From an uncultured delta proteobacterium (GTDB taxonomy: Bacteria; Desulfobacterota; Binatia; Binatales; Binataceae): a stretch of 64,000 nt of DNA. Made by a program: the position numbers and the translations under genes. The notes beneath the pieces were generated by a model. It was given only the letters and a program-made list of their open reading frames with translations. It did no database searches and was not told the DNA's origin. Numbering within the stretch: position 1 is the stretch's first letter; every line of letters begins with the position of its first letter. Positions 61,508 to 64,000 of the stretch are shown in pieces. The DNA lies in assembly GCA_963765675.1 (NCBI GenBank), contig CAVXXK010000003.1, positions 1-64,000 of the forward strand. The letters are read 5' to 3'.

Positions 61508-61535
61508 CCTCCCCCGTTTCAAACAACGGGGGAGG
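61508..61535. repeat. Hairpin right of the DUF559 pseudogene
   Basis: CCTCCCCCGTT-N6-AACGGGGGAGG, same stem core as 61094-61120. Confidence 0.7.
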
Positions 61536-61604
61536 CAAGAGCACGCGCGAGGTTGCGCTGAAGGCTGGCTTCCTGATTGTTTACTGACGCGCGCGGTGCG
61601 ACCC

Positions 61605-62993
61605 ATGGGCCGTATTCTTCTTCTCGACGACGAGCCTGACATGCTCGAAAATTGCCGGCGCATTCTTGCCCGCGCCGGCCACGAATGTTTTGTCTCGAGC
61701 GATCCGGCCGAAGCGGTCGCCCTTCTGGAAAGCGCGCTGCCCGATCTCGTGATCACGGACCTGCGGATGCCGTCGATCGACGGTCTAGAAATCATGCGCC
61801 GCGCGCAAGCGCTCGATCCCGGACTTCCCGTAATCATGCTCACCGCGTTTGCAACCATCGAGTCGGCCGTCGCCGCGGTCAAAGCAGGCGCGTTCGACTA
61901 CCTGGCCAAACCGTTCACGATGGATCAGCTACGGCTCGCTGCCGAGCGCGCACTGGCGCAGCGCAACCTGATGATCGAGAACCGCAATCTGCGCGCGCAG
62001 CTAAGCGGTGTCTTCGGCTTCGAAAATATCATCGGCTCCAGCTTGGCGATTCAGCGGGTGATCGATTTCGTGCGCAAGGCCGCACGCAGCGAGGCCAATA
62101 TCCTCGTGCTCGGCGAATCGGGCACCGGCAAAGAGCTGGTCGCGCGCGCGATTCACGCCAACAGTCCGCGCGCCGCGGGCGCCTTCGTGCCGGTCGATTG
62201 CGCCGCGCTGCCCGAAAACCTGCTCGAATCGGAGTTGTTCGGCCACGAACGCGGCGCGTTTACCGGCGCGGTCTCCTCCAAGCCGGGCCTGCTGGAGACC
62301 GCCGGCGGAGGCACGGTCTTCCTCGACGAAATCGGCGAGCTGCCGATTGGATTGCAGGCCAAGCTCCTGCGCGCGATCCAGGAGCGCGAGATTCGCCGCG
62401 TCGGCGGCACCCACCAGGTCCGAATCGACGTGCGGATTCTCTCGGCGACCAATCGCGATCTGCGCGCGCTGGTGGCCGCCGGCCAATTCCGCGACGATCT
62501 GTTTTACCGAATCGACGTTATCGATATCATGCTGCCGCCGCTGCGCGAGCGTAAATCCGATATCGCCCTGCTGGCTCAGCGCTTCCTGGAAAGATTTCGC
62601 GGCAGCGGTGAGACCGCGCCGCGGGGGATCGAGCCCGACGCGATCGCCGCGCTCGAGGCCTACCAATGGCCGGGCAACGTCCGCGAACTGCAGAACGTCA
62701 TCGAACGCGCCTGCGCGCTGACCGAGGGTCCGTCAATTTCCCTGCGCGACCTTCCGGAGAAGATCCGCTCGCCACAATCTGCAACGCAATCGGAGCAAGC
62801 CGACGTCGCCGGCACGAATGGCGCGGAGCTCAGTTTCAAGCAGGCCAAAGCGAAATGGGTCGAGGAGCTCGAGGCCAGGTATATACGCGAAATTCTGAAC
62901 CGCTTTCATGGCAACGTGTCGCAGGCGGCCCGCGCCGCGCAGATGGACCGCACGACTTTTCATCGGCTGCTGAACAAGCATCGCATCCGGTGA
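61605..62993 (+). CDS. Sigma54-dependent response regulator (NtrC/AtoC family)
   Basis: Receiver (LLDDE, TDLRMP, KPF), GESGTGKE, GAFTGA, FLDEIGE, WPGNVREL, Fis-type HTH. Confidence 0.96.
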   Translation: MGRILLLDDEPDMLENCRRILARAGHECFVSSDPAEAVALLESALPDLVITDLRMPSIDGLEIMRRAQALDPGLPVIMLTAFATIESAVAAVKAGAFDYLAKPFTMDQLRLAAERALAQRNLMIENRNLRAQLSGVFGFENIIGSSLAIQRVIDFVRKAARSEANILVLGESGTGKELVARAIHANSPRAAGAFVPVDCAALPENLLESELFGHERGAFTGAVSSKPGLLETAGGGTVFLDEIGELPIGLQAKLLRAIQEREIRRVGGTHQVRIDVRILSATNRDLRALVAAGQFRDDLFYRIDVIDIMLPPLRERKSDIALLAQRFLERFRGSGETAPRGIEPDAIAALEAYQWPGNVRELQNVIERACALTEGPSISLRDLPEKIRSPQSATQSEQADVAGTNGAELSFKQAKAKWVEELEARYIREILNRFHGNVSQAARAAQMDRTTFHRLLNKHRIR

Positions 62994-63011
62994 CGCCACC
63001 AGGGAATTCCC

Positions 63012-64000
63012 ATGAAGAACCAAGTTTTCGGCGCAACCGGCGAACTCGAAGCAAGCCTGCTCCCGCTTGCAGACGCGAGCGCTTTGCCGCCCTGGACCTA
63101 CACCGACCCGCGCCACTACGACATCGAGGTCGATCGAATCTTCCGCCATTCATGGCTCTCGGTTGGCCGGATCGATCAGGCCGCCGCGCGCGGCGACTAC
63201 TTCACCGTCGAACTCTTCGGCGAACCTCTCGTGATCGTCCGCGACCTCGAGGGCGAGCTGCGCGCGATGTCCCGCGTATGCCGTCACCGCTGGATGCCGG
63301 TCGTCGCGGGCGCGGGAAATCGAAAGACCTTTCAGTGCCCGTATCATCTCTGGACCTACGCGCTGAGCGGCCAACTGATCGGCGCACCCGAGATGCATCA
63401 AGCGCGCGGCTTCGACAAGACCGATTGCGTCCTGCCGCAACTTCGCGTCGAGGTTTGGCAAGGATGGATTTTCGTCAACTTCGATCAGACCGCGTCTCCC
63501 CTTTCGCCGCGCCTCTCCAGGCTGAGCGAGTTCGTCGCACCGTACCGGCTGAGCGAATTCATGACCTTGGAGCCGCTGGTGTACGACTCCGACTGGAACT
63601 GGAAACTGATGGTCGAGAATTTCATGGAGTCGTATCACCATCCCGGCGTTCATCCCGACAGCCTGCAGCCGATCTTTCCGGCCTCAGGCACCTACGCGCT
63701 CGACAGCGACGGGCCATACTCAATTCTGCGCAATCCGGCCGGTGATCGATCGCGTCCGATGGGTTCCCGGCTGCCGCATATCGACGGCCTTTCGATGGAG
63801 CTGCGCACCGAGCTGGTTGTGTGCGCGGTCTATCCGTATCACCTTTTCGCGATGCTGCCGGACTCGATGGTTTACTACAATATCGAACCTCGCGGAGTTG
63901 ATCGGTTCACACTTCGGGTCTACCCGTGTGTGCCCGCCGCGATCGCGCACGACTCACACTACCGCGAAGCGCTTGCAGACATACGCGCGTCCGTGGACTA
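63012..64000 (+). CDS. Rieske non-heme iron oxygenase alpha subunit (partial, runs off the window)
   Basis: Manual translation from ATG 63012: LPPWTY, VCRHR...CPYHLWTY Rieske motif, NWKLMVENFMESYHHPGVHP mononuclear iron site. Confidence 0.92.
   Translation, partial: MKNQVFGATGELEASLLPLADASALPPWTYTDPRHYDIEVDRIFRHSWLSVGRIDQAAARGDYFTVELFGEPLVIVRDLEGELRAMSRVCRHRWMPVVAGAGNRKTFQCPYHLWTYALSGQLIGAPEMHQARGFDKTDCVLPQLRVEVWQGWIFVNFDQTASPLSPRLSRLSEFVAPYRLSEFMTLEPLVYDSDWNWKLMVENFMESYHHPGVHPDSLQPIFPASGTYALDSDGPYSILRNPAGDRSRPMGSRLPHIDGLSMELRTELVVCAVYPYHLFAMLPDSMVYYNIEPRGVDRFTLRVYPCVPAAIAHDSHYREALADIRASVD

Noticed and set aside
62666-63745. 359-aa ORF in the track
   Set aside because: It is in the wrong frame. 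The real gene is the Rieske oxygenase from 63012, which lacks a stop inside the window and so was not listed.

Overview
A GC-rich bacterial chromosomal segment, mostly housekeeping genes. The gene set (lpxA, system I ccm genes, gshB, and a tilS-ftsH-folP-cdaA-cdaR-glmM...nnr...tsaE...lysC-cimA arrangement) suggests a diderm of the deltaproteobacterial radiation, possibly Binatota-like; this is inference. The most striking item is a ~1.5 kb mini-island in tRNA-Phe, bounded by a 51-bp direct repeat of the tRNA 3' half (5468-5518 / 7024-7074). It keeps paired arm-type repeats at both ends but has no intact integrase. Its only clear cargo is a DUF3800 (RNase H-like) gene faced by a predicted ~75-80 nt structured antisense RNA. 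That RNA has its own sigma70-like promoter and a U-rich tail, and five G-U wobbles place it on the + strand. This is a candidate RNA-protein toxin/antitoxin or defence module. Other points of interest are: a PaaX-like regulator/desaturase pair with a TGTAAC-N27-GTTACA operator; a REP-like repeat family with compensatory base changes; a hairpin-flanked DUF559 pseudogene; a decayed hicBA pair; a CXXXY-type CcmE operon; an inverted pdxJ; and a sigma54 promoter ahead of a secreted beta-propeller gene. At least six genes, including the normally essential era, carry small frameshifting indels, so the assembly probably contains sequencing errors.
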